Shown: positions 11,778 through 25,228, numbered from the stretch's first letter. The stretch is DNA of 64,000 nt from Tilletiaria anomala UBC 951 (GCF_000711695.1 NW_013547013.1:1-64000); one strand, 5' to 3'. Translations and numbers: made by a program. Notes: generated from the sequence alone by a model not told the origin.

Positions 11778-13357
11778 GTTTGCCGAACAGAGCCACTGAG
11801 AGGGGCTGACGTGAAATGATTTTGGACGCGGCTTTGAGTTCTGCTGGGAGCGACAAGGAAGCCGAAGAACAGCGCCTTACTTCCCTCGGTTCGGCGCACA
11901 ATCGATGGAGGCTGCAGCGCTCGGCTCGATCTGAAGCCTTGGACGTGTTGAATGACAGATTGGGGGTCAGGAAGAATGATGAGTCGACTGAAGGGAAGAG
12001 GCAGGCTGCGCATGCGGAGTGCACGGTGCTGAAGAGGCAACACATATACACTCTGACCTGACTTGGGGCTTGGTCCAGTGCGTGCTCCACGTCACAAGCT
12101 CGAGTTCTCCAAGCTTCGAAGAAAGCCGACCATCATTAGCTAATGAAATGCCGACTCGATTGTGGCTGACCCAATCACTGATTCGGAACTCGGGATTCGG
12201 ACTTCGGCACCCTGGTGACGCTCCTTTCAGCGCTCTGCTATCACCTACTTGGCAACATTCCAAGTGAACAACATCTTTCAGCGGGTTCGCGCCGGACCAC
12301 GTAATCATCAGCACAAAAAGAAAGAACCCCAGAAATGCAAGGTAGGCGCGAGAAGAGGGTGGTCGCCATCGCCTCTGTGTGTCTGGGAATCTGGGACTAT
12401 TCACATAGGCTGAGGATCTGAGCTGCACTCGCCTGGCTCCGTGCTCAGTGAATCAGCGCTCCCCTCTGTCTCAACATTTCACCTGTTAACGGAAGGGGCC
12501 GCCGGGAGCGCGTGGCGACCGTGGGACCAGCTCGTGGCCGCGGACAGTGGAAGCTGGAGCCACACGGCACAGTTCCATATACATAGCATGTAGATGCTGT
12601 GTTATGTATCATGTTTGATTACCTGATCAGGCAGCCACACTTGTTCCGTACGCACAGAGAAAGGCAAGATGGATCCAGAAACAGGCGTCACATGAACTGG
12701 CACACACGCGTTAACAGGCATGATGCATCGTCTCCAACAGCCAGCGGAACCCAACGGTCGCTCGGATCCAGACGCGAGCGGGTGAACGGTTGGGCCGGCG
12801 CCCGTGTATGTGTCAGAAGCACATACGTACGAGCCCCGTCACGTTCAGCTGAAACAGGCCGCGTGAAGTGCACCACAGCAAGCAGATCGTGGTCAGTGCT
12901 CAAGTGACTTCCAGGGTGTAAGGCACGTGTTATGTCGAGCCTGCGGTCAATGATTGATCGTCTGTCCAGCCAAGTCTCCAGCGCTTTCGGGCGGGGCCGA
13001 ACGTCGCAGTGAACACGCGCATACACACCCGGCGTCTTGGCCATCTGGCTTCGTTGGCGCTGGATATGACCCGCTGCTTTCGATCAGCTCATGGGCAGGG
13101 TTGATAGTGGCGGGAAAGCGCGAGGAGGGGGCCCGACCTACATATGTCGATAGAATGCAGAGAGTGACCGGCGGTATGTTCCCTTTCTCTCTGGCGTCGT
13201 CTCTCCCAACGAAGAGCGAGGCGCTAATTGTTATGTAGCCAGTTATATAAAGCAGTGCGATCCATCTATTTCCTCGCAGCTGTGTCCATGCGTGTGCCCT
13301 GTCTGTAACGCTACAATCATGAAGTATTGACTGGCCCGCGCTGTCAGTTCAACAGCA

Positions 13358-13367
13358 GTCACGTGAC
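13358..13367. promoter_or_regulatory. GTCACGTGAC palindromic E-box (Cbf1/bHLH-type site)
   Basis: Perfect 10-bp palindrome about 400 nt upstream of the UDP-glucose dehydrogenase ATG. Confidence 0.4.
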
Positions 13368-13769
13368 CACACTTACACTAATTCTCATTCGCCACACCAC
13401 ACGCCGCGCCGCACGCCCCCCGCTCGGCACCCAAATCAACCAAATCCGCCGGCTAGGCGGAACTGCACAGACAGGGCACTGCAGGACACTGCCCCGTGCA
13501 ACAGAGCACGCACCCGCCAAGGGAAACCCCGAAGGGGGAAACAATGCGATCGATCACCTCGTCGACCACTGACTTGAGTGTTCAGGGGCCGTAGTCTAGA
13601 TCTCCAAGCAGTCATTGCCCTGCAACGTGCACACTCGTTCACTCCTTCGTGCCCCAGCAGCACCTGCCGATAGACCTCTAAACGTTGCGCGTGGTTCCCT
13701 TCTTCCTCTCACCCGTACCGTAAGACAATCCACCCTCTTGCCTCGAACACGGCAGCAACAGCAGCAACG

Positions 13770-15643
13770 ATGGTGTTAGACAGAACTGCACCGAAAGTGC
13801 GCGCCATCTGCTGCATTGGCGCCGGATACGTCGGTGGGCCGACATGTTCAGTCATCGCGCAGCGCTGCCCGCACATCAAGGTCACCATCGTCGACGTCAA
13901 CCCAGTCCGCATCGCCGCGTGGAACTCGGACACGCTGCCCGTCTTTGAACCAGGGCTGGACGAGGTAGTCAAGGAGTGCAGGGGGCGTAACCTCTTCTTC
14001 TCCACGGACATTGACGATGCCATCCGTGAAGCGGACCTCATCTTTGTCAGCGTCAACACCCCCACCAAGAAATCCGGTGTCGGCGCAGGCTATGCCGCAG
14101 ACTTGCAGTGAGCGCGGTTTTCCATAATTCCAGGAGCAACCTCGGAAGTCGTCTTTTTTAACTTGGGGCTGATTCACCCTTTTTGGCGCGCGCGAAGCTA
14201 CGTAGAGGCTTCAACGCGACGCATCGCCTCCGTATCCGATGCGCCCAAGATTATCGTGGAAAAGTCGACCGTGCCGTGCCGCACCGCGTCGTCGATGCGC
14301 GTTATCCTCGAAGCTAACTCGCGTCCAGGTCTGCGCTTCGACATTCTGTCCAACCCAGAATTCCTCGCGGAGGGAACAGCGATCAGGGACCTGAGCGCAC
14401 CGGACCGAGTCTTGATCGGCAGCCTCAGCACCCCAGAGGGTAAGGCCGCCGCGCGCGCCCTCGCAGCTGTGTACGAGAACTGGGTTCCACCAGAGAAGAT
14501 CTTCACCACTGGCCTGTGGTCCTCGGAGCTGAGCAAACTGGTACGTATTGGACGCACTTCTGCTTTTTCCGCTTGATTTGAAGCTGGACTACAATTCACA
14601 CACGTCTGTTATGTGCACGCAGGCAGCGAATGCACTACTGGCGCAGCGCATCTCCTCCATCAACGCCATGGCGGCCATCTGCGAAGCGACGGGTGCAGAC
14701 GTCGACGAGGTCGCGCACGCATGCGGCCTCGACGCGCGCATCGGCCCGAAGTTCCTTAAGGCGTCCGTCGGCTTTGGCGGCAGCTGCTTCCAGAAGGACA
14801 TTCTGAATCTGGTCTATGTGCGTTTGATGATGAATCGTACTCTTCCCACCGAGTCATCGTGCTGGTGATCGTGCTGACCGACGTCACATCGGCTGGCATT
14901 GTACAGCTTTCGGACAGCCTGGGTCTGCCGCAGGTGGCCGCGTACTGGAAGCAGGTGATCACTATGAATGAGTACTCGAAAGCGCGCTTTGCACAAAAAG
15001 TCGTACAAACGCTCTTCAGCACGATCACGAACAAGAAGATCGCCGTGCTCGGCTTTGCGTTCAAGAAAGACACTGGCGATACGCGCGAGACGGCTGCGAT
15101 TTCGCTCTGCAAGGACTTCCGCTCAGAGAATGCGCTCGTGTCGATCTACGATCCCAAAGTGCCCGAGGCGCAGATCTGGCTCGACCTTACCGAACCTGGC
15201 GTCGTGGACGACGGGCAGAAAGGTGTGTCTTAAACCCCTTGCTCTCGATTGGATTCCACTCCTTGCGCTGACATCGTCCTCATCCTAACGCTGCACACTG
15301 GACGGGAAACAGTTAAGCAGCAAGTGACGATCGCGGCGTCTGCGATCGAAGCTTGCAAGGATGCCGAGGCGGTTGTCATCGCAACCGAGTGGGACGAGTT
15401 TAGGACACTGGACTGGGCAACGGTGTACAAGAGCATGAAGAAGCCTGCGTTCGTGTTCGACGGCCGAAGCATCGTCGATGCCGCTGCGTTGCGCAAGATC
15501 GGTTTCCAGGTGCACAGCGTCGGGTGCGTGCCGCTTGCTTGCTGTTCCGAATTACTTTGAGCGAGCATCCTTCCCACGATCTCACTCTTTCCCTTCCCCC
15601 CTGCAGTAAGGGCCCAGAGATCCAAGATCCCGTCTGGGCTTAG
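13770..15643 (+). CDS. UGD1: UDP-glucose 6-dehydrogenase, ~479 aa
   Basis: 6 exons (introns 14108-14197, 14541-14622, 14818-14906, 15223-15312, 15524-15606). Motifs: [53 protein letters not shown] (catalytic Cys), [18 protein letters not shown]. Confidence 0.97.
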
Positions 15644-16364
15644 ACACTTTCTTGCTCGAATGCATGAATCACATGCTTTTTCAAGGATGCTTTGCGCAAG
15701 GAGATAAATAGTTCGGCTGCCCTTCCGTCCGCCGGTAGACCCAGCAGGAGACGCATGCATCGAGCTATCTCTCTCGTTCCCTCCTCGCATCAACCGTCGC
15801 AAGCATGTGCGCGGCGCAGGACAAGGGACGGCAGGTGCGGCGCATAAAGGCCGCTGCCGGTGTGGAAAAGTGAAATGATCGTGTCTTCACCATGGAGTAA
15901 TTATGTAGATGATTTAAATGACCCGGTCTTCTAGATGCTGGGATGCAAATGCGTGCGGTTTGCGCTGCGCGCTGCCGAATGCGGCGATCCATTCCGAGGA
16001 CCTTATGGATTTATAACGAACTGGCCCAACAGAGAGCCGCGCTGAAAAGCAGTGGCGGTCTCGCCTTCGAAGACAAAGAACGCAAGACCCATTCCACTGT
16101 TGACCCGAATGTTTGATTGTATTCCCATTCGTCCAGTACCACCAAGGAGTATTATTGAATGTTCCTGTGTTACGTTTTCAGGCATTGGGTAGGGCATATG
16201 AGTGCATGCTAATACACGCATGTCTGCTTTCTCAGAACCTTTTATAGTCAGAACCAATGATGCGCAAGACGACCACGATTGTTGGTCTCCCATCGTGATC
16301 GTATGATCGTTGTGCTGTCGTAGCATGTAGGCGAGTATAGCCCTGGCTGCCAGGGCCCTCGTCA

Positions 16365-16826
16365 GGGTAGGCGCTGGAGGCGATTCCGTGGCTGGAAATG
16401 GATCAAGCCTGCATATCCGCTGACCATCCAGTCAAATGGTCGAGTCGAACGTCTGAGCCATGTCCTCCTACAGACCCTGCCCAAGCTGCTCCTTGGCAGC
16501 GGCTCTGGCTTCGAGTAAGGGCCAGCGGATATGAACACCTGGCTGATATCCAGTTGGTTGCGCCCGAGCAAGTGGCGCCGCTGTGTACCTGGCGCCGGAC
16601 GAGTGCATCTGGCTGCTGGGCCGACAATTGTCGGACCGCATCTGTGGGTCAGCAAGCGGAATCATGCATGCTACTATGTGTACTGGTCAGCGGCCCGATG
16701 CCCGCAGTGGCCGATCGCACCTGCCGCCTGAAGATGCACCGCAAACGCCCACCCCGCCCCGTAGTCAAGGGCGGTGAGCAGATAACGGTCGCCATAAGTT
16801 TTCCAATGCATCGGCCGTTCGACCCT
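16365..16826 (-). mobile_element. Degenerate Ty3/Gypsy-like integrase core fragment
   Basis: Minus-strand frames give RPMHWKTYGDRYLLTALDYGAGWAFAV (compare G-N-R-Y-L-L-T-A-I-D-Y-A-T-G-W of rve integrases) and then, after frameshifts, P.MRSDN. No intact ORF or paired LTRs. Confidence 0.65.
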
Positions 16827-18425
16827 TAGTTGTTTTCTCCGTCGCCAGAGGCATGTCCTCTTTATGTTACGAGCATCTCGCAGCTGCGGCAATTACTCTT
16901 TCGGATTTCAGACGGTGATGAAAGGGGTGTGTGCAGCGCAATATGTGGATGGAGATGTGTATACTGAAAATGAGAACAAATACATCGCAGAACATTACTG
17001 GTGATGGGGTGACATTGGTAAGCGCGCCTCAAGGACACTAACATCGTCGTCGCCCGAGAGTACCTGGCTTTATAGCACTTTTGGGTTGGTCTTTTTGCAC
17101 ACCTGTTGCATCGACCCTCGCACAAAGATTTCGCACAGGAGTGAAATACAGCTGCGAGAATGTGCGTATGTAGCGTTCTACGTACATGCTGCTGGCGCGT
17201 CTCCATAACCCCCACCACCATCAAAGCAGCAATCCTTCTGAGGAACTCAGAATGATTAGAATGCTGCGAGGTGCTGGAGACTTGGGGGAGAGGGCCGTGA
17301 CATTCTAAGTTCGGCTCTCGCGATGCCACGTGTGTGCTGGCTGATTGCGTGCCGCACTGCACACTTTAATGACTCTGCTCCAGCCGGCGGGTCTGGCGCG
17401 GCGACGCCTGCCAAGTCCAGTGCCAGCCTGTCCGTTACCAGGGCAGCTGCAGATGCCCAGTCTGGGCCCAGTCCAGCTGAATTGTAGAAAAGAGGTACGA
17501 AGAGTGCTTCTTTGCTCCCTTGCCAACTGCCGGACGGGGGGGAGGGGATTGTCCAATTCAAGGGGAAGCCTCAGTCACACACACAGAGCCGCGCAACGCC
17601 CGGAGGGACCGAGCGAAGAGAGCCATCAGTCTGCACCCACCAGGACAGAGGCTCAAGGGTGGGCATCCTTGGACGAGAAAACGACGGCAGGGGCCCTGTG
17701 CGGGTTAAAAGTAGGGGAAATACGTGGCAGATTCTTCTAAATCCATCATTTTCAGGTGGATCTCTTCTCGTTTTTGGCGGATATAGAGTCTCTGTTCACG
17801 TCGGAACTGTGTGTGTATCCGCCGGGGGACTCCGCCCATTGGGCACTCTGGGTCAGGGCGGTGTGCGGTGTGCCCGCCCTCGTGTATGTGTATGCACGCG
17901 ACTCGCTGTATGTTCGAATATGTATCGACTGCACTGCATCGCTCTCTCCCGCTCTCTACACCACATTAAAATACATATCCACCCACCACAGCAAACAAGA
18001 GCTGGAGCATAATCCGCCTCTGTGCCCATCCCCATCCCTCCATCCCTCCCCAGTCTTCTTGCGCAAGAAGACTGCGAGTTCCAGCTGGGACGATTCCAGC
18101 ACAGGCCTATATGCCTGATACCTATCCCCCTCCCTCGAAGCCGGGTCCCTGCTGTGTAGCGTTGCGTAGCCAAGCTGTGCCAGGCGTACCGTAACAGAAC
18201 CGAGCTGGGTGTCGCGGATACTGGGAACCGCAAACACACACCCCGCGACGCTGCCGCTGCCGTAGTTATTGTTCACCAGCATCTACACCTCTTCTCACAT
18301 CTATCAGGGGAAAAAGAGCCGCCTCTCAGGCTCTCAAGAGGGCCCAGCGAGCACGCGAACCCCAGCCCCACGTTGCTCGTTGCCATCGCACTCTCCCCAG
18401 TCAATTCGGAACAGGGTAGGGCATC

Positions 18426-21400
18426 ATGATGCCGGCCAAGCGCGTCAGCGCATCAGGCTTGCCTGCCAGCCCGAGCACAGGCAGCACGCTCAGCGCGTTG
18501 CTGGGATCATCAAATGGAGCAGCGTCGTCATCATCCGCAGCAGCGTCCTCTTCTGGCACCAATATCACATCTGTCCAAGTTGGTGAGTCGGAGCATTCGG
18601 GGTGTCCATCGTATCTCCGGAGGGATACTCGGCTCAAGCTCGTGGGAAAGGAGCATACACTGACCTCCCCCGCCCATTTGATCTTTCCTTCTGCAGCGGT
18701 TCGCATCCGTCCTGTCACAGAACATGATCAAGCGTCGATCCCAGCGCGCTGGCAGCGCTCTGTCATCACAGTCAACTCGGCTAACTCACTCACAGTCGAT
18801 GCATCAGGGCCGCCCCCACCCGGGTCCGCGCCGGCAGCGGCGACGAGTTCAGCACGCGACAAGCGGCTGCAATTCGCCTTTGATCGCGTCCTCAGTCCAG
18901 CCGACGGGCAAGATGCAGTCTACAAGAGCTCGGCGTCGGCCCTGATACCAAAGTTCCTCGAAGGCTACAACGTCACAATCCTCGCATATGGGCAGACGTC
19001 CAGCGGGAAATCCTACACCATGGGCACGTCCTCCTCCGACTCGATCGACTTTGAAGGCCTCGTCGCCGGCCGGGCGCCCGACCCCGACATGGGCATCATC
19101 CCGCGTGCCGTGGCGCAGATCTTCGACGCGGTCAACGCGCAAAAGGCACGCTCCGGCGCCATCCAATACACCATCAAGGCGAGCTTCATCGAAATCTACA
19201 ACGAGGACCTAATCGACCTGCTGGCCGACGCCGACGGCGATGCGCGTCCACTCGTCCAGATCCGCGAGGACAAGGCCGGTCACATCTTCTGGAGCGGCCT
19301 GCGCGAGGTCAAGGTGAACAACGTTGCGGACGTCATGAACTACCTCGTCCAGGGCAGCGCTGTGCGCCGCACCAACGAGACTGACATGAACGCCCAGTCT
19401 TCTCGCTCCCACGCCATCTTCTCCCTGACAATGACCCAGCGCAAGTGTGGCGGCAGCGGGCCCGCGCCGCCCCCCGTCGCCAGCAGCGGCAGCGGCGCCG
19501 CGGCGCTCGCCAACTCCGCGCTGAACGGCCGGACAACGCCAACGGGCCGCGCTTCGACGTCCGGCCTGCCGCGCCCTTCGTCGTCGCTCGGCCGCTCGAC
19601 GCCGACAGGCTTTCCCAGCGCCAGCGCCGGCCGCGCGTCCGTCTCAGGCCTGCGCACGCCCAACACGCTGCTCTCGGGTTCCCGCAGCCAGTCGCCTGTC
19701 GCCGGCGGGGGGGCTGGCCTCGCCGCGGAGGAGCGCATGCGGGGCCTCAGCGGCGTCCTGGGCACCGGCGAAGGTGAGTGGACGACAGTCGTCAGCAAGT
19801 TCCACTTTGTCGATTTGGCTGGATCTGAACGGGTGAGTAGCTGCAAAGGGTGTGTAGAGGCCTATGATCAATCTGTCTGATGCTGCGGTTTCTTTACGTT
19901 CCTTTTTTCTTTCTCTTTTCGCGTTTGCCTCGCGGACAGCTCAAGCGGACCGCTGCGCAAGGCGAGCGCATCAAGGAGGGTATCTCGATTAACTCTGGCC
20001 TGCACGCGCTCGGCAACGTCATCTCTGCGCTTGGCGACCCGGTCAAGGCGCGCAAGACGACGCACATCCCGTACCGCGACTCGAAGCTGACGCGCCTGCT
20101 TCAGGACAGTCTTGGCGGTAACGCGCACACGCTCATGATCGCATGCGTCTCCCCGACCGAGTACAACGTCGGCGAGACGGTAAACACGCTGCAGTACGCC
20201 AACCGCGCGCGCAACATCAAGAACAAGGCCGAGCTTAACGAGCAGGAGATCGGCTGGGACGACCTAGACTACTTACAGGGCCAGGTGACCAAGCTGCGCA
20301 AGGAGCTTGCTGTGCTCAAGAGCTCTAAAGGCAGCGGCTCCACCGCCGCGCTACGCGGCATTGCCGACGATGACAAGGTCAAGAAGTTGGAGGCGACCGT
20401 GCGCCAGCTGAACGACCGGCAGAGCACCGATCAGGTGCAGATTGCCGTGCTCAAGCGCGAGCTCAAGGCGCGAGAGCACCAGAAGAAGGACTCGGACTTC
20501 CTACAGGCTGCCGAGCCGATCATCCTCGAGTACGAAAAGGCCATTGACGTTCTCGAGGGCCAGATCAACCTGATGAAGGCCGCGCTCGGCCACTCGGAGG
20601 ATATCATCAACGAGCATGAGAGCAAGATCGTCGAGCAGGACGAGCGCATCAACCTCGTCGAGCAGCAGCTCGACGCGCGAGAGTCGACCATCGTCGAGCT
20701 GCAGACGCGCCTCAGCCAGCTGCAGGATCGCGAGAGCTCGGCCAACACCTACGCCACCGAGCTCGAGGCGCGTCTCCAGTCGTATTCGAACAAGGAGGAC
20801 GCTGACTCGGGCATGGCCAGCGAGCTACGCAAGGAGGTCGTCCGCCTCCGCCAGGCCGAAAGCTCCGCCGAGGCGTACATCAAAGAGCTTGAGAAGCGCC
20901 TGCTCGCGTCCGACTCTTCCCTCGCGCAGCTCACCGCGCAGGTCGAGCGCCTCGAGCGCGATCTCGAGCGCCGCGATGAGCAGTACCGCGAGCTGCTGCA
21001 GCGCCTTGACACGCTCGACATCACCGTCGAAAACAAGGCGCTCCTCGAGGAGCTTGACGCACGCGACCAGCGCGTCCTCGAGCTCGAGAAACGACTCGAC
21101 ACCGTTGTCACCGAGAAGGAAGCCCTTGCGCGCGACAAGGGAAACCTCACCGACGCCGTCGCGCGCGACCAGCTCGAGCGCGGCAAGCTCGAGGACCGCA
21201 TCCGCCAGCTCGAGAAGAACGCAGCAGACCCCGTCGCCGACGCGGCCGCGAATCCGAATGCGGCTGTAGCTGCAGACGGAAATGGCGTCCCTGTAGCGGG
21301 AGACGTGCACTTCGCCGAGCTGCAGTCGGAGATGCTGCTTCTGCGCGACTCGCACGCCAAGACCCTCGCCGAGCTCAGCACCGTTCAGGTCCGCCACCGC

Positions 21401-24400
21401 GAAGCGCTGCAGGATATTGAGAAGCTCAGCGGCCAGATTGCCGAGGCCAAGCTGACCCGCGCGGCGGCGGCACCGGATGAGGAGATGGAGGAGCTCTCCC
21501 CCCCGGTGCACGATCCGCACACCGACGGTGACGACTCGTGCTCGTCACCGACGATGCTCAGCCCCTCGCGTCGGCGCGATTCATGGCAGGTTTCACCGTC
21601 ACGCGCGGGCGGTGGCGCGATGCGCCGCCCCGAGAGCCTGCGCCTCGACAGCGGCAGCAGCGTTGTCGAGACGCTGCAGAGAAGGTCCTCCGGCTCTTTT
21701 TTAGGGTACAAGCCGGCCGACAGCCAACCGGAAGTAAGGGAGATGAAGGCGTCGGGCGGCGGAATGATCAGCAAAACAAACGGCAATCATCACGTTCGTA
21801 CTCGCTCCATGTCGTCGGGGCAGTCTTTTGTTGGGGAGTTATCGCGGGGGCCGCGGCCCTTATCATTATCCGGCACAGTTCCGCCTTCGCCCTTCTTCAA
21901 GGCCATCGAGCCGGATTCGCCGGCGAACTATGAGCGCAAGATCTTGTCCCTTGAGAAAGAGAGGGACCAACTTCAAGCCATTCTGAAGGAGCGCGAAGAT
22001 GAGCTAGACGCCGTCCAGCGCTCCTCATCCGTCGCATCTGCACCCGCTTCCGCAGAAACTGTCACCGAGAGCAAGTCACTCTCCTCCGAGCTGGCTTCGG
22101 CCAGCGAGGCGCAGCTGGTGGATGGAGAGGCACCTACGACGACGACGACGTCCTCCCCTGCCGCAGGCGCATCGACACCCGCCCTCTCGCAGGCAGTCGA
22201 GGCGCAGCTTGAGGCCTTGCAACAGGTACTCGCAGAGAGCGGGAACAACCAGCAGTCCCTACAGGTGCAGCAGCTTCTCCTCTCCTTCGCCAAGAAGGAG
22301 AACTCTCACCGCGAGCAGACGGAGTACCTCAAGAGCGAACTCGAGGCTGCGCACAAGGAGCGAGAGGCGCTCGATGCTGCGTCCCACGAGATGGTTGGAA
22401 GCCTGACGAGCGAGCTGGAAGCTTTGCGTGCCAAGCTCAAGGAAGCGGAAAAGGCGCACGCCTCGACTCTTGCGAACGTCAGCACCGTGGCGGAGTCCAG
22501 CAAGCATGACACTGCGCGTCTGCAGGATGAGCACAAGCTCGCATTGAGCGTTCTCTCTACCAAGCACGATGCAGCGAGCCAGGAACAGAACGCAATTCAA
22601 GCGCGTGCGCTCGAAGACAAGTCCGTTCAGCACCAGTCTGCGCTGTCTGCTCTGGCGGAAAAACACAGTAATGAACTTGCGCGCCTCTCATCTGAGCATG
22701 CCGACGTGCTCTCCGCACGCAAGGCTGAGCACGAGCAGGCTCTCGCTCGCCTCAAAGACGAGCACGAGCGTGCGCTGGCCTGGAAGGATGAGCAGCATGC
22801 GTCTGCCTTGAGCAATGCCAATCTCGAGCAGGAGAGCCGTGATGCCGAAGGCCAGGAAGAACGTGAAAGCCTCCTCAAACGTCTTCGTGAAGAGCATGCC
22901 AGCCAGCTGGAGCGCACAAAGTCAGAGTACGAGCTCCTGTCTCAACGCTCGCTCGCTGCAGCAGCAGAGTCGCACTCTACAGCCCAGAAGGAAGACATCG
23001 CTGCCGCGCTGGCTGACCGCGCCAAAGAGTATGCTGCCGTGCTGGACGCGAAAGAGCAAGAGCACCTCAGCACCCTGACCGATCTCTCGCGTCAACACTC
23101 CGAAACGCTTTTAGCTCGCGACGCGCAGTACGAGGATGCGCTCAACAAGGCATTGACCTCGCTCAGCCGCGAACATTCTGCTAATGTTCAGGAGCTCACT
23201 TTGAGTCACACCGAAGCTCTCATAGATGCAACGGCCGCCCACGCGACACAACTCGAAGAGAAAGATAAGGAGCTTCGCGAAGCTGTCGCCCGCACAGAAA
23301 GCGCCGCCACAGCCGCGGAGACAGAGCTACGTATGCAGCACGAGTCTGCGTTGTCCGAGTTACGGGACCAGCACGACAAGGCGCTTGCTGCGCGCCAGGA
23401 AAAGCATGAGAAGGCGCTGTCGGAGACCAATGCTACGCATGAGAGGGAGAAGTCTGAGCTCGTCGAAGCGCACAAGGCCGCAATCGATCGCCTAGAGCAA
23501 GAGCACAATACTAAGCTCGAAGGATGGGAGGACACCCACAACCAGTTCCTTAATGAACTCAAAACGCAGCAGTCGCAGAAAGCTGCTGAGGACGCGTCTG
23601 CCATCGCTGCTGCCCATCAAGAAGAGATGAAGCAGTTGCATGCAAGTTTAGGGCAAAAGACGCAGGCGCACGAAACGGAGCTAGCTGCCTTGCGAACGGA
23701 GCACGAGGACAAGCTCACTCGCATCCAGGAAGAGTTGCAGACTGTCTCCAAGGAGCGCGACAACTTGCGCGAAGCTAACACCGAGTTTGAGAAGCGACAC
23801 CGTCTTCTGCAAAGCCAGCTTGAAGTTGACCCTGTCGAGATGGACATGCTGAAAGCTGAGCTCGCTGAAACCAGTGATGCACTCGTCGTTCTCGAGGCCG
23901 CCCTTACTGAGGCGCAGGCAGAGCGGGACCAAGTCGCTACTGAGCTCGCTGTATTGCGGGACAGCATGGAACGGGAAAACGGCCTTCACACTACGAATGC
24001 CAGCAGCGCCCTTGCAAAGGAGCTCGAAACGCAGCGCAGCCTATTGTCACAAGCGAGGAATGACCTTCTGCGTAGCAAGGCTGATTTACAAGCTTTGTCA
24101 GAGGAGCGTACACGCCAGGACATGCAACTTCGAGATACGCAAATGAAGCTCGCAGCTGCCGAATCTCGCGCTGGAAAGGCCAGGGACTCTCTGGCGTTGC
24201 TGACGATGGAGCACAGCCCCGTCATGGATGGATTAGTGAATGGTCACCGGTCAGCATCGCGTACAGGAATGCGCACGAGCCAGGAGATAGAGCAGCTTTC
24301 CGACGGAGGATCGAGAAGCTTCGCCCGCGCAGGTCAAGCAGGATCAAAGCCTCCTCCGCCTACGCCGCCGCCAAACATGCCTCCTCCTCCCACGCCCACC

Positions 24401-25022
24401 GGAGGCAATGTCAATGCCAGAAGCTCGACGGGCACCAGAAGTTCCAGCTCGTCAGCGCGACCCGACTCGATCGAGGGCGCGCTGACCCGTTCGAGCTCCA
24501 CTGCCTCACTCAGCAATGGCTCTTCGTCAACGGTTGCGCCAGATCCGCGGAGCGCGAAGGTCATGGCGGAACAGGCCGAGGAGCTGCAGAAGCTCACGAA
24601 GCAGCTTGCTCACTGTGAAGCAGATCTGCAGGCGAACATTGACTTGGTTGCTACATTAGAAGCAGCCCTAAATGATAGCGAGAGAAATGTGAGCCTTTTC
24701 TTTGCAGCGAGCCACACTACTTACAAGCCATATACTGACTGCATGTACCCTCTGACAGCTCCGCAAATCTCGAGTGCAACTCTCCGAAATTACCCGGGAG
24801 CGTGATCGCTTTTCGGCGCAAGCGGATGAGCTACAGATGCAAGTGAAGAAGGCGACAGCCGAAGTTGAGCGCGTTCGTAACAGCGTCATTCTCGAGAAGC
24901 AAGACTACGAAAGTAAGATCCAAGAAGAGAGGCAAGCCAAGGAGAAGGCAAGGGAAGCGCTTGAGGCGCGGCTGGAGGAAGTGTCCCGCAAGAAGCACTC
25001 CTCTAGACTTTTCTGCATGTAA
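18426..25022 (+). CDS. Kinesin-4 (KIF4/KIF21-like) motor with a very long coiled-coil tail, ~2101 aa
   Basis: Introns 18583-18696, 19833-19939, 24689-24758. Motifs: [28 protein letters not shown] (P-loop), [89 protein letters not shown]. Ends [11 protein letters not shown]. Confidence 0.95.
22500..23735 (+). repeat. Protein-level hendecad (11-aa) repeat array with conserved His in the kinesin stalk
   Basis: [22 protein letters not shown]/.../[66 protein letters not shown] ... [77 protein letters not shown]. Confidence 0.8.
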
Positions 25023-25228
25023 GGTCCCGGTGGGAAGCTTGCAGTAGCTTTTGTTGTACCTACGTTTCGCCGGTATTTTGGGATCCTCCACGTCTTGTAT
25101 AATTGTCTACAACACTTTCCTGCTCTTCAATTGCGCATGACCTAATTCTCATTCTGCCAACGCTTAATGTCGCCCAAGAGGATGGATGGAATGGGTGCTC
25201 ATGTCGTATACGTTACAGACAGGGCACT

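Noticed and set aside
11967..12428. 153-aa minus-strand ORF with a hydrophobic segment (AYLAFLGFFLFVLMITW)
   Set aside because: GTG start, no splice path to an ATG and no recognisable domain; the hydrophobicity is explained by a T-rich tract.
20431..24597. Multiple antisense Ser/Arg-rich ORFs in the kinesin
   Set aside because: Mirror frames of the Glu/Leu-rich coiled-coil codons.
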